Shown one piece after another: positions 9,805 to 19,854 of a DNA stretch of 64,000 bases. The first letter of the stretch is position 1, and every line of letters starts with the position of its first letter. Source of the stretch: Balneolaceae bacterium UBA2956 (GTDB taxonomy: Bacteria; Bacteroidota; Rhodothermia; Balneolales; Balneolaceae); NCBI GenBank assembly GCA_002348545.1, contig DEBM01000013.1, forward strand, positions 52,345-116,344, written 5' to 3'. Below the pieces are notes generated by a model. That model saw nothing but the letters and a program-made list of their open reading frames with translations, had not been told where the DNA came from and searched no databases. The translations under genes and the position numbers were made by a program.

Positions 9805-10971
9805 TTAAAAAATTGATTTATGAGAATAATGTCGATCCACAATAGTACGAATTTCTTCAATAATTTGAGGTATTTCCTCAACATAATGGCCCTTACCAAA
9901 AGAAAGACGAACAAATTCTCTAGCCTCTTGCTCACTCTTGCCTAGCGCCTTCATACTAACATTAGTCTCGTCCATTCCAGATTGACAAGCACTTCCTGTG
10001 GATATACCCACACCTGCCTGATCGCATTCAAGCATTAAAAATTGCCCCTCCAAACCAGGAAAACGAAGACCTAAAATGTACGGACTTTGATGAGAAGTTT
10101 CATCAGCCCCCTCAATAATCGGTGGATTTGGCATATCATGAAGCGCTTTCACCCATGCCTCCCGTAGATGCTGTATTCGTATAAGTTCGGCATCCATTCC
10201 ATCGATCGCTTCTCTAGCGGCAGCGGCAAAAGCTGCAATCGATGGTACGGCTAAGGTGCCTGGCCTGAATTTCTTAGAACTGCTGCTTGGAAAGAAACCG
10301 CTCCATTCCGCATGTGGACTTAACCAAACGGCTCCAATTCCTTGGGGTCCGTAAATTTTATGCGCTGATATACTTAACGAATGAACGCCCAATGAATGCA
10401 CATCGATGGGTATTTTCCCAAAAGCCTGTACTGCGTCACAATGCACTTTTATATCCATTTCCCTTGCTATTTGAGCAATTTCTTCTACTGGTTCATATGT
10501 TCCCAACTCAGAATTAACAAGCTGTACTGCGATTAATGCCGTGGAGGTAGTACACCGTTCTTTAAGTTGATCTATACACACTCTTCCATCGGCTAAAAGT
10601 GGTAGGTACTCTATCTCCCAACCTTGTTTCTTTAATCTATTCATCACTCGTAAAACCGAATCATGTTCAATTGGTGAGCAGAGAATATGATTTATACTGG
10701 AATCTTGCTTTTTTACCGACTCTAATAACGAATAAATGGTTAGAAAATTTCCCTCTGTCGCCCCACTTACAAAATGTACATGCCTCGCTGAAGCCCCTAA
10801 ACTTTGGGCTATTACTTGCTTAGATGCCGTAACAATTTGTTGAGCTCGAGTTCCTTCTTCATGCAAACTATTAGCATTGCCATAATACTCCCTAGCTACT
10901 TTTGTATACGTACTCAAGGCCTGTTCGCTCATAGGTGTAGTTGCTGCGTAATCTAAATAGATCATAAGCAC
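9805..10971 (-). CDS. cysteine desulfurase, NifS/IscS-like class V aminotransferase
   Basis: IYLDYAATTP, the PLP-lysine region SISAHKIYGPQGIG and the catalytic Cys loop TGSACQSG are all present. Confidence 0.85.
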   Translation of the reverse strand: MLMIYLDYAATTPMSEQALSTYTKVAREYYGNANSLHEEGTRAQQIVTASKQVIAQSLGASARHVHFVSGATEGNFLTIYSLLESVKKQDSSINHILCSPIEHDSVLRVMNRLKKQGWEIEYLPLLADGRVCIDQLKERCTTSTALIAVQLVNSELGTYEPVEEIAQIAREMDIKVHCDAVQAFGKIPIDVHSLGVHSLSISAHKIYGPQGIGAVWLSPHAEWSGFFPSSSSKKFRPGTLAVPSIAAFAAAAREAIDGMDAELIRIQHLREAWVKALHDMPNPPIIEGADETSHQSPYILGLRFPGLEGQFLMLECDQAGVGISTGSACQSGMDETNVSMKALGKSEQEAREFVRLSFGKGHYVEEIPQIIEEIRTIVDRHYSHKSIF

Positions 10972-11102
10972 TAGTTTTACTTTTGTAAGTCTAAGAAAGA
11001 TGTTTTAATGAAGGTATCTACGTACCTTATACCATGTTTTACTGGTTAAAACGACCAGTAATAAATTATTAAAAAAGTACCACTCAAACCCATTTAGTTC
11101 GT

Positions 11103-11933
11103 ATGAACCTAATAATCTTAGAACGTATTATTAAACAAGCACTAGAAGAAGACCTTGGTATGGGTGACTGGTCTAGCCAGTGGCTTTTTGATACACTAAC
11201 ACAAAAAAGTGGCCGCTTTGTAGCTAAGCAATCAGGTATTTTTTCGGGTAGGGAGATTGTAGAGCAGGTATATGCCGCATTGGGTGGTGGAGTTGAAGTT
11301 TTTTGGTCTGTTGAAGATGGTCAAGCCTTTAAAGAAGGGTCTGTGCTTGCCATTGTGAATGGGCCGGTTTCCACACTACTCAGCGGAGAACGCGTCATTT
11401 TAAATTTGCTACAACACCTCACTGGAATTGCCCGTTCAACTCAAAATCTCATCCGCCGGCTAGATGATCCAAATATTAAAGTCGTCGATACGCGTAAAAC
11501 TTTACCTGGTTTACGAATGATCCAAAAATATGCCGTACGGTGTGGCGGGGGTTTTAACCATCGATTTCGTTTGGATGATGGAGTAATGATTAAAGATAAT
11601 CATATTACGGCTGCAGGTGGTATAGCAAAGGCAGTGGAAATGGTTCGAAAACAGCAAGGACATATGATAAAAATCGAAATAGAGGTAGAGACACTTAATC
11701 AAGTGCAACAGGCAGTGGATGCCGAGGTGGATGTTATTATGCTGGACAATCAAACCCCTGATCAGGTAAAAAAATTACGCAAGCACATTCCCAAATCAAT
11801 AATAGTAGAATTATCAGGCGGAATAAATCCAGATAACATTGCTGGATATAGAAACTGTGGGGCTGATGTAATTTCTGTAGGTTGGATTACCCATTCGGTA
11901 GAGGCTTGTGATATTAGCTTTTATATTGACTAA
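11103..11933 (+). CDS. nadC: nicotinate-nucleotide pyrophosphorylase (carboxylating), quinolinate phosphoribosyltransferase
   Basis: 276 aa with GERVILNLLQHLTGIA, DTRKTLPGLR, KYAVRCGGGFNHRFRLDD and IKDNH motifs. Confidence 0.9.
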   Translation: MNLIILERIIKQALEEDLGMGDWSSQWLFDTLTQKSGRFVAKQSGIFSGREIVEQVYAALGGGVEVFWSVEDGQAFKEGSVLAIVNGPVSTLLSGERVILNLLQHLTGIARSTQNLIRRLDDPNIKVVDTRKTLPGLRMIQKYAVRCGGGFNHRFRLDDGVMIKDNHITAAGGIAKAVEMVRKQQGHMIKIEIEVETLNQVQQAVDAEVDVIMLDNQTPDQVKKLRKHIPKSIIVELSGGINPDNIAGYRNCGADVISVGWITHSVEACDISFYID

Positions 11934-12110
11934 ATATGCTAAATAAGGAAGATTTATACAGAAAAACTGTGGTTGTGGTCGTTTAAACTGTTTCTAATAA
12001 AAATGCTATCTTTATCATATTCACAGATAATAAAAAATAGAAGCCTACTTGTTTCAAACAAAACCAATTCAGATGACTTGAATGTAGGTTAATACAAATA
12101 TTTTTTTTCT

Positions 12111-13220
12111 ATGGAGCTAAATGAATTACTAGGTGTAGAAATCGATCTACGAATTCCCAATCACTATAATGAATTAAGTAGTGAAGAGATGTCGCATCGT
12201 GTATCAGAAATAAAAAGTCGTTTAGGTACTCGTCTCTTTATCCCAGGACATCATTACCAGAAAGATGAGGTAATATACTTTGCTGACGTACGAGGCGATT
12301 CCCTAAAACTTGCTCAGATTTGTGCGGAAATGCCAGAAGTAGAATACATTGTTTTTTGCGGGGTTCATTTTATGGCGGAAACAGCTGATATGTTGACCAA
12401 TGAAGATGTACAGATTATTTTACCAGACATGAGAGCCGGATGTTCGATGGCTGATATGGCCGATATTGAACAGACTGAAAGGGGTTGGGAGCGAATGCAA
12501 AAAATTTGGGGAGACACAATAATTCCACTCACCTATGTAAATTCTACTGCAGCAATTAAAGGATTCGTTGGAAAACATGGCGGAGCATGTGTAACCTCAG
12601 GCAATGTACATACGATGCTAAAATGGGCTTTCGAACAAAAAGAACGAATCCTTTTTTTACCAGATCAACATTTGGGCCGGAATACTGCTTATGAACTAGG
12701 AATAGCATTAGAACACATGTGCGTTTATAACCCAATAGATAACGAGTTCGAATTTGATGGTGCATGGGAAGATGTTCGAGTCATCCTTTGGAAGGGACAT
12801 TGTTCCGTACACGAAAAGTTCACGTTCGAACATATAAAACATGCTAAAATGCGCGATCCCGAGATACAGGTTATTGTACATCCTGAATGTATTTTCGATG
12901 TAGTTCAACACTCTGACTATGCCGGTTCAACCAATTATATTATTCGTACTATCGAAGAAGCTCCGGCAGGATCTAAGTGGGCCATTGGAACCGAAATGAA
13001 TTTAGTTAATCGTATCATCACTGAACATCCTAACAAACAAATTGAATCGCTTAATCCCTTTATGTGTCCATGTTTAACGATGAATCGTATTGATCTTCCC
13101 CACCTATTATGGTCATTAGAAGAAATCGAGGCAGGTAAAGTGGTAAACCGCATTAAAGTAGATCCAGAGGTTGCAAAATATGCCGTTTTATCCCTGGAAC
13201 GAATGTTAAAACTTAGTTAA
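12111..13220 (+). CDS. nadA: quinolinate synthase
   Basis: 369 aa with [37 protein letters not shown] and Cys ligand contexts ([21 protein letters not shown]). Confidence 0.9.
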   Translation: MELNELLGVEIDLRIPNHYNELSSEEMSHRVSEIKSRLGTRLFIPGHHYQKDEVIYFADVRGDSLKLAQICAEMPEVEYIVFCGVHFMAETADMLTNEDVQIILPDMRAGCSMADMADIEQTERGWERMQKIWGDTIIPLTYVNSTAAIKGFVGKHGGACVTSGNVHTMLKWAFEQKERILFLPDQHLGRNTAYELGIALEHMCVYNPIDNEFEFDGAWEDVRVILWKGHCSVHEKFTFEHIKHAKMRDPEIQVIVHPECIFDVVQHSDYAGSTNYIIRTIEEAPAGSKWAIGTEMNLVNRIITEHPNKQIESLNPFMCPCLTMNRIDLPHLLWSLEEIEAGKVVNRIKVDPEVAKYAVLSLERMLKLS

Positions 13221-13396
13221 GACATTGCTTATAGGATCTTTGTTTGCATTGCTCGACGCCTTATCTCGCATTTATTTGTGGATTTCAGCTTTTTTGTTGA
13301 AGTTATTAAAGATGAATAAAGTTTATTTCAATTCACAGATCACCCTTCTTAACTTTAATTCATTTTGCTAAAACCATTGATAATTAACCAACTTGT

Positions 13397-14728
13397 ATGA
13401 ATACTCGACCATTAAAAAAAATAATTACCCTTCTTTTCTTTTGTTTTTTAATGGATGTATTTCTGATAGGAAGCACATCCACATTTATATATGCTCAAGA
13501 TTTAAAAACGCTCATTGATAGTCGATCAGCCGATTTAGAAGATCGTGTCATAGAGTGGCGACGGCATATACACCAAAATCCCGAGTTATCTAATCGTGAA
13601 TATAAAACGGCTGAATATATAAGTAAACACTTGACAGATTTGGGGCTAGAAGTCCAGACTGGAGTAGCTCATACAGGAGTAGTCGCGATCTTAGAGGGTG
13701 CGACCCCTGGGCCCGTGGTTGCACTTAGAGCTGATATGGATGCTCTTCCGGTGACTGAGCGTACACCTATCCCATTTAAATCTACCGCCATAGGAGAATA
13801 CCAAGGAAACCAAGTTGGTGTCATGCATGCATGTGGCCATGATACCCATGTAGCTATTTTAATGGGGGTGGCTCAAATACTAACTGAGCTGAAAAATGAA
13901 CTTAATGGTACGGTAAAATTTATATTTCAACCTGCAGAAGAGGGAGCGCCTACTGGCGAAGAAGGGGGTGCAGAACTTATGGTTAAAGAAGGTGTTTTAA
14001 AGAACCCAGATGTTGATGCTATTTTTGGTTTACATATATCCGATGCTACTCCTGTAGGAATGATTACTTACAAAGAAGGTGGCATTATGGCCAGCTCGAA
14101 TACTTTTCAAATCACCGTTAATGGTAAACAAGCACATGGCTCAGCTCCATGGAGTGGAATAGACCCTATAGTAACATCAGCTCAAATTATAAACAACCTT
14201 CAAACAATTATCAGCAGAAATATGGAGTTAACCAATGAAGCTGCTGTAGTAACCGTTGGTCAAATACATGGTGGTGTTAGGAGTAATATTATACCAGAAG
14301 AGGTATTCATGGAGGGTACCATTCGCGCGCTTGATAATGATATGCGTGATGCAATTTTTGAGCGTATCAAGACAATTGCAATAAAAACGGCAGAAGCAAA
14401 TGGCGGCACAGCAGAAGTGACTATTTCGCATGGATATCCCATTACCTATAACGATCCTGAACTAACCCGAAAAATGGTTCCAACACTGCAAAAAACAGCC
14501 GGTGAAAATATGGTGGTAATTATGCCCGCCATCACTGGTGCAGAGGACTTTTCATTCTTTCAACAAGAAATTCCAGGGCTCTACTTCTTTCTAGGAGGGC
14601 TTCCTGAAGGGGGAACTCCGGCTGGACACCACACTCCTGACTTTTATATCGATGAAAGTGGTCTTGAATTAGGCGTTAGAAGCTTAAGCCACTTAGTCAT
14701 TGATTATTTCGCAAGTTTAGGAAACTAA
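13397..14728 (+). CDS. M20D-family amidohydrolase (aminoacylase / hippurate hydrolase-like), exported
   Basis: It has an N-terminal signal-like segment, plus WRRHIHQNPELSNRE, ALRADMDALP, MHACGHDTH and FQPAEEG motifs. Confidence 0.8.
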   Translation: MNTRPLKKIITLLFFCFLMDVFLIGSTSTFIYAQDLKTLIDSRSADLEDRVIEWRRHIHQNPELSNREYKTAEYISKHLTDLGLEVQTGVAHTGVVAILEGATPGPVVALRADMDALPVTERTPIPFKSTAIGEYQGNQVGVMHACGHDTHVAILMGVAQILTELKNELNGTVKFIFQPAEEGAPTGEEGGAELMVKEGVLKNPDVDAIFGLHISDATPVGMITYKEGGIMASSNTFQITVNGKQAHGSAPWSGIDPIVTSAQIINNLQTIISRNMELTNEAAVVTVGQIHGGVRSNIIPEEVFMEGTIRALDNDMRDAIFERIKTIAIKTAEANGGTAEVTISHGYPITYNDPELTRKMVPTLQKTAGENMVVIMPAITGAEDFSFFQQEIPGLYFFLGGLPEGGTPAGHHTPDFYIDESGLELGVRSLSHLVIDYFASLGN

Positions 14729-14769
14729 GCCTGTCAACCTAATCAAAATTTGTATTAAGTCTGATCTAC

Positions 14770-16641
14770 ATGACCCGTTTTATATTTCTTCTTTTATTCA
14801 GCGTTTTTTCGACTATTACCCTTGCATTTAACTTATATGGCCAAGTAAATAAAATAGACCCTCCATTTTGGTGGACAGACATGCCTGTTGAAGAGGTGCA
14901 GATACAATTATATGGTCCCAATATTGGACTTCATCGGGCTCAAATTGATTATCCCGGTGTAGAACTTGTAAAACAAATAGCGGTAGATTCGCCAAATTAT
15001 TTATTCGTATACCTAAATATTAGTTCAGCTTCATCAGCGGGAATTATTCCAATTCGTTTGAGCCATGAATCCACTACACTAACTGTAAACTTTGAACTAA
15101 GACCACGCGAAAATCGTACTAATGTGAACCAAGGTTTTGATGCTTCTGATGTTATTTATCTAATGATGCCCGATCGCTTTGCCAACGGGAATTCCGACAA
15201 TGATACTATTGAAGGGATGCTAGAATCTGCGGATCGAACAAATCCAGAACGCCGTCAAGGGGGAGATTTAGCGGGAGTTGCTGAACATCTTGACTATCTA
15301 GACGATTTGGGAATGACTGCTATTTGGTTCACTCCAATCATTGAAAATGATATGAAACCAGAGTACGGAGCCTACCACGGGTATGCCGCAACTGATTTAT
15401 ACAAAGTAGACCGACGATATGGTTCTAATGCGGAGTACAAAGCACTCATCGACGCAGCTCATAATCGTGGTATGAAAGTAATTATGGATATGATTCATAA
15501 TCATATTGGCGATCAACACTGGTGGATGCGAGACCTACCCACTCAAGATTGGGTCCACAATATTGATGAATACATGCAAACCAATTATCAAGGATCTATT
15601 GTTGCTGATCCTTATTCCTCAGATTATGATATGATAAAACTGGTTGATGGTTGGTTTGTCCCAGAAATGCCTGATTTAAATCAAGATGAACCTTTACTAA
15701 CCGACTATTTAATCATAAACACACTATGGTGGATTGAATACTCTGGCGTAGACGGAATTCGCATGGATACTTATCTATATCCAGATAAAAAATACATGGC
15801 AGAATGGGTGGACTTAGTTTTAACCGCATACCCTGACTTTAACATCGTTGGTGAGGCATGGGCAATTAATACTCCCGCTGCGGCATATTGGCAATACGAC
15901 CTACCTGGCCAGGGTGACGGTTATGATTCCAAATTACCCAGTATTACCGATTTTCCTTGGTCATTTGCTGTTAGAGATGGAATGAAGCAAGAATTTAGCT
16001 GGGAGAATGGTCTCATGAAAATATATTATATGCTTGGACAGGATCACCTATATGCCAATGCGATGAAAAACGTGATTTTCCTTGATAACCACGATATGAC
16101 TCGCGTCTATGAGCATTTAAATAAGGATATTGCTGCCTTTAAAATGGCCATTACTCTTTTACTTACTCAAAGAGGAATACCGCAGATTTATTATGGCACC
16201 GAATTTATGTTTGGCCATCAAAATAGAGGCGGTGATGATGAAGCATGGAGACAAACCCTGCCGGGTGGCTGGGCTGATGATACTCGGAATGTATTCACAG
16301 AAAAAGGTCGAACAGAAAGTGAAAACGATGCCTTTAATTACATCAAAACCCTTGCTAATTGGAGAAAAACAGCCATTTCCACTCATCAGGGAAGCATGAA
16401 ACATTTTGTTCCTGAAGATGGTACTTATGTGTATTTTCGCATTCATGAGCTACAAACGGTTATGGTAATAGTAAACACTTCGGATGAAGAAAAAACCTTG
16501 GATGCTACTCGTTTTCAGGAAGTGTTAGGTGATTTTACTACCGCAACAAATGTAATTACAAACACTGTTTTAGATTTAGGCGATACCTTAGTTTTACCCT
16601 CTAGAGAAGCTAGTGTGTGGGAGCTAAAAGACGAGCTCTAG
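14770..16641 (+). CDS. GH13 alpha-amylase family enzyme (cyclomaltodextrinase / neopullulanase-like), exported
   Basis: It has a signal peptide and the GH13 conserved regions DRFANGN, VIMDMIHNHIG, GVDGIRMDT, IVGEAW and FLDNHDMTR. Confidence 0.85.
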   Translation: MTRFIFLLLFSVFSTITLAFNLYGQVNKIDPPFWWTDMPVEEVQIQLYGPNIGLHRAQIDYPGVELVKQIAVDSPNYLFVYLNISSASSAGIIPIRLSHESTTLTVNFELRPRENRTNVNQGFDASDVIYLMMPDRFANGNSDNDTIEGMLESADRTNPERRQGGDLAGVAEHLDYLDDLGMTAIWFTPIIENDMKPEYGAYHGYAATDLYKVDRRYGSNAEYKALIDAAHNRGMKVIMDMIHNHIGDQHWWMRDLPTQDWVHNIDEYMQTNYQGSIVADPYSSDYDMIKLVDGWFVPEMPDLNQDEPLLTDYLIINTLWWIEYSGVDGIRMDTYLYPDKKYMAEWVDLVLTAYPDFNIVGEAWAINTPAAAYWQYDLPGQGDGYDSKLPSITDFPWSFAVRDGMKQEFSWENGLMKIYYMLGQDHLYANAMKNVIFLDNHDMTRVYEHLNKDIAAFKMAITLLLTQRGIPQIYYGTEFMFGHQNRGGDDEAWRQTLPGGWADDTRNVFTEKGRTESENDAFNYIKTLANWRKTAISTHQGSMKHFVPEDGTYVYFRIHELQTVMVIVNTSDEEKTLDATRFQEVLGDFTTATNVITNTVLDLGDTLVLPSREASVWELKDEL

Positions 16642-16809
16642 AAGCTAGAATACCAATAATCTTAGCCATAACGAATCAAAAAAAGTACTACTATTTATTT
16701 TTTTGTCGTGATTATATAACACAGATCTCCCCTATTTTTATGATATTCATAAGTAAATTTATAGTAACCCGACGTAAATAAACAAAAATACTATACCCCA
16801 CCTCACATT

Positions 16810-17997
16810 ATGAATAGTAGATTTATATTCCCATTTTACAGTCTTTTGGTTGTACTTTTTACCCTTTCAAACCAGCAGATGCTAATTGCTCAGGAACACC
16901 ACTATGATAGTACACTTGTTAGGCCTCCAGTACACGGACACAATCATGCCATTGAACAAAAGATTTACTTTCCTGATCTACCCAATACTAAGACGATTAG
17001 TTGTGATTTTCATATGCATACAGTATTTTCGGATGGTTCTGTGTGGCCTGATATTCGTGTTTCTGAGGCGGTTAGAGAAGGTATTGATTGTATTTCAACT
17101 ACAGAGCATCTAGAATACCAACCTCATTCGAAAGATATTCCTCATCCAGACCGAAATAGAGCCTATATATTGGCCAAAGCTTCGGCAAGAAATACCGATT
17201 TAATAGTGATTGCAGGTACTGAAATTACTCGGCAAATGCCTCCTGGGCATTCCAATGCAATATTTATTAACGACGCTAATCCCATTCTGACCGAAGACCC
17301 AATGGATGCATTCGCAGAAGCAGCTGGACAAGGAGCATTTATTTTTACCAATCATCCACAATGGACAGCTCAACGCAAAGATGGTATCGCTAGGTACGAC
17401 CCCATGCATTTAGAGTTAATTGAGAAAAATATACTTAATGGTATTGAAATTGTGAATGAGCACAGTTACTCCGATGAAGCGCTCCAACTTGCCTTAGATT
17501 ATAACTTAACTTTAGTTGGCACCTCCGATGTACATGGCCTCACCGATTGGATGTATGATATTCCGCACGGTGGTCATCGACCTGTAACCTTAGTATTTGC
17601 GAACGAACGAGGTCCGGAAGCTATCCGAAAGGCATTATTTAATCGGCAAACCGTGGTTTGGTTCAATGATTTATTTATTGGCAGGCAGAAATGGCTTATG
17701 CCCATATTAAAAGCCTCACTTCCGATTAGAGTCATTGGTTATCAAAGTGATACACAAATATTAGAGGTGCAATTAGTGAATGCGACTCATTCTAGATTTA
17801 CTCTTCGAAACACCACCGATTATACCTTTCATAAAGATGCATCTGTTTTTATGATAGAACCTCAATCTACTAAAACCTTGCTTGTGAAAACCATGCAACG
17901 GTTGGATAAAGTAGAGCTAAAGTTTGAATTTTTGAATGGAATTTTAGCTCCGAATAAGCATCCTGTCATTGAGTATACTTTTACCGTAGAAGAATAG
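16810..17997 (+). CDS. PHP-domain metallo-phosphoesterase (Sb-PDE / CehA-McbA-like), exported
   Basis: It has a signal-like N-terminus. CDFHMHTVFSDG and STTEHLEY are PHP-type metal-binding motifs. The specific family assignment was made by eye only. Confidence 0.65.
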   Translation: MNSRFIFPFYSLLVVLFTLSNQQMLIAQEHHYDSTLVRPPVHGHNHAIEQKIYFPDLPNTKTISCDFHMHTVFSDGSVWPDIRVSEAVREGIDCISTTEHLEYQPHSKDIPHPDRNRAYILAKASARNTDLIVIAGTEITRQMPPGHSNAIFINDANPILTEDPMDAFAEAAGQGAFIFTNHPQWTAQRKDGIARYDPMHLELIEKNILNGIEIVNEHSYSDEALQLALDYNLTLVGTSDVHGLTDWMYDIPHGGHRPVTLVFANERGPEAIRKALFNRQTVVWFNDLFIGRQKWLMPILKASLPIRVIGYQSDTQILEVQLVNATHSRFTLRNTTDYTFHKDASVFMIEPQSTKTLLVKTMQRLDKVELKFEFLNGILAPNKHPVIEYTFTVEE

Positions 17998-18217
17998 GAT
18001 GAGCGACTTTCAATTAGATTGAGTCAATGTCTAATGATAAAGTAGCTAATTGCTCAAGGATGTTATGCGCGGAACCTCAAATTCATTGTAAATAAAAATG
18101 CTTTAATTGTATAGTTACATTTATATGTTACTTAACACTTTGTTCTCATAATCACGCATAGCTATTAATCATAACTATAAAATGAATCATTAGGTTTAAT
18201 TCTTCGTTAAAATCTAC

Positions 18218-19621
18218 ATGTCTATTCAAACTATACATTCAGTATTTAAAAAACAGCAATGCTTTTTCAATACACATATCACTTTGGAGTATGTATTTCG
18301 TAAGAATTCACTTAATCGTCTTGAAAAGGCTATAAATACATATGAAAATGAATTAATCAATGCATTATCAGATGATTTAGGAAAATCTACATTTGAAGCA
18401 TACGGTTCTGAAATCGCCTTGGTCAAAACAGAACTCCGCCATATTCGGAGAAATTTAAAGAAATGGATGCGCCCTAAGAGGCATCCAGATGTACTAATCA
18501 ATTTCCCATCAAAAAATTATAGCTTAGCAGTTCCTTATGGGGTTAGTTTAATTATTGGACCATGGAATTACCCTGTTCAATTATGTCTTAATCCCATCAT
18601 TGGCGCTATAGCGGCTGGAAATACTGCACTATTAAAGCCTTCGGAATGGACACCCCATGTTGCAGAGGTATTAAAAAAAATGATCGAAGAATTTTTTGAC
18701 CCTGAATATATAGCTGTGATAATAGGAGATCACACGATTAGCTCCACACTAGTTAATCTAGATCTTGATTATATCTTTTTTACAGGCAGTACAAAGGTAG
18801 GTAGGATTATTGGGAAAAGTGCCGGATCAAGGTTAATTCCTTGCACTCTTGAGCTAGGTGGTAAAAGTCCGTGTATTGTAGATAAGAGTGCTAACCTAAG
18901 AGTGAGCGCAAAACGTATTGCTTGGGGGAAATATTTGAATGCAGGCCAAACCTGTGTTGCTCCTGACTATATAATAGTGCACAAAGATGTAGAAGAAAAA
19001 TTTATAGATTGCTTGAAAAAGGTAATCACAGAATTTTATGGAGCATCACCTGAACATAGTCCAGATTACTCAAGAATTATATCCGACAAGCATGTAAAAC
19101 GTTTACATAAGTTGCTCAAAGGCCCCCATAAACAAACACAAGGAATGAATAATATTGATATTGTAATCGGTGGTAATGTTAATAAGAGAGAACGATATAT
19201 AAGTCCAACCGTTGTTAGAGGAATTAACATGAATCACCCGCTTATGCAAGAAGAAATATTCGGCCCGATATTACCAATACTTACTTTTGAAAAAAGAGAT
19301 GAGATCGCAAAAATTATTGAGAAAAATGCTCAGCCTTTGGCTTGTTATTTGTTTTCCAACGATATAAATTTTCAAAAATATTTCAATACAAAATTGAAAT
19401 ATGGTGGCGGTGCAATTAATGATACCATAGCACATCTTGGTAATCCAAATTTACCATTTGGAGGTATTGCGACTAGTGGTATAGGCGCCTATCATGGTAA
19501 ATCTAGTTTTGAAACTTTTTCTCATACTAAGAGCATAATGAAGAAAAGTTTTTTTATCGATATTCCTCTTCGGTACCCACCCTATACCGGTAAATTTAAG
19601 TGGCTTAAAAAATTTTTTTAA
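18218..19621 (+). CDS. NAD(P)-dependent aldehyde dehydrogenase (ALDH3-like)
   Basis: 467 aa with PWNYP, FTGSTKVGR, the catalytic Glu in ELGGKSP, the catalytic Cys in GQTCVAPDY, and EEIFGP. Confidence 0.85.
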   Translation: MSIQTIHSVFKKQQCFFNTHITLEYVFRKNSLNRLEKAINTYENELINALSDDLGKSTFEAYGSEIALVKTELRHIRRNLKKWMRPKRHPDVLINFPSKNYSLAVPYGVSLIIGPWNYPVQLCLNPIIGAIAAGNTALLKPSEWTPHVAEVLKKMIEEFFDPEYIAVIIGDHTISSTLVNLDLDYIFFTGSTKVGRIIGKSAGSRLIPCTLELGGKSPCIVDKSANLRVSAKRIAWGKYLNAGQTCVAPDYIIVHKDVEEKFIDCLKKVITEFYGASPEHSPDYSRIISDKHVKRLHKLLKGPHKQTQGMNNIDIVIGGNVNKRERYISPTVVRGINMNHPLMQEEIFGPILPILTFEKRDEIAKIIEKNAQPLACYLFSNDINFQKYFNTKLKYGGGAINDTIAHLGNPNLPFGGIATSGIGAYHGKSSFETFSHTKSIMKKSFFIDIPLRYPPYTGKFKWLKKFF

Positions 19622-19637
19622 TTTTTTTACAAAAAAA

Positions 19638-19661
19638 AAGACAGCCGCAAATAGCTGTCTT
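19638..19661. terminator. bidirectional intrinsic terminator hairpin between convergent genes
   Basis: aagacagc-cgcaaata-gctgtctt forms an 8-bp stem. An A-run lies upstream and taaaaaa downstream, so a U-tract is available on both strands. Confidence 0.6.
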
Positions 19662-19854
19662 AAAAAACGACGCGGTTTTCACACCACATCATTTCGGGTT
19701 ATGGTATCAATAAAAAAGCTTGCTAAAAATTTTCTAAATGTAAGCGCTAACAATCTTGTAAAAAGATATTAATAATTTAATTATTAGACTACAAGAAATA
19801 AATTAGAATTAATAAAGAAAATTAATTTGCAAATTTGCTTTAGGATAAATTCAA

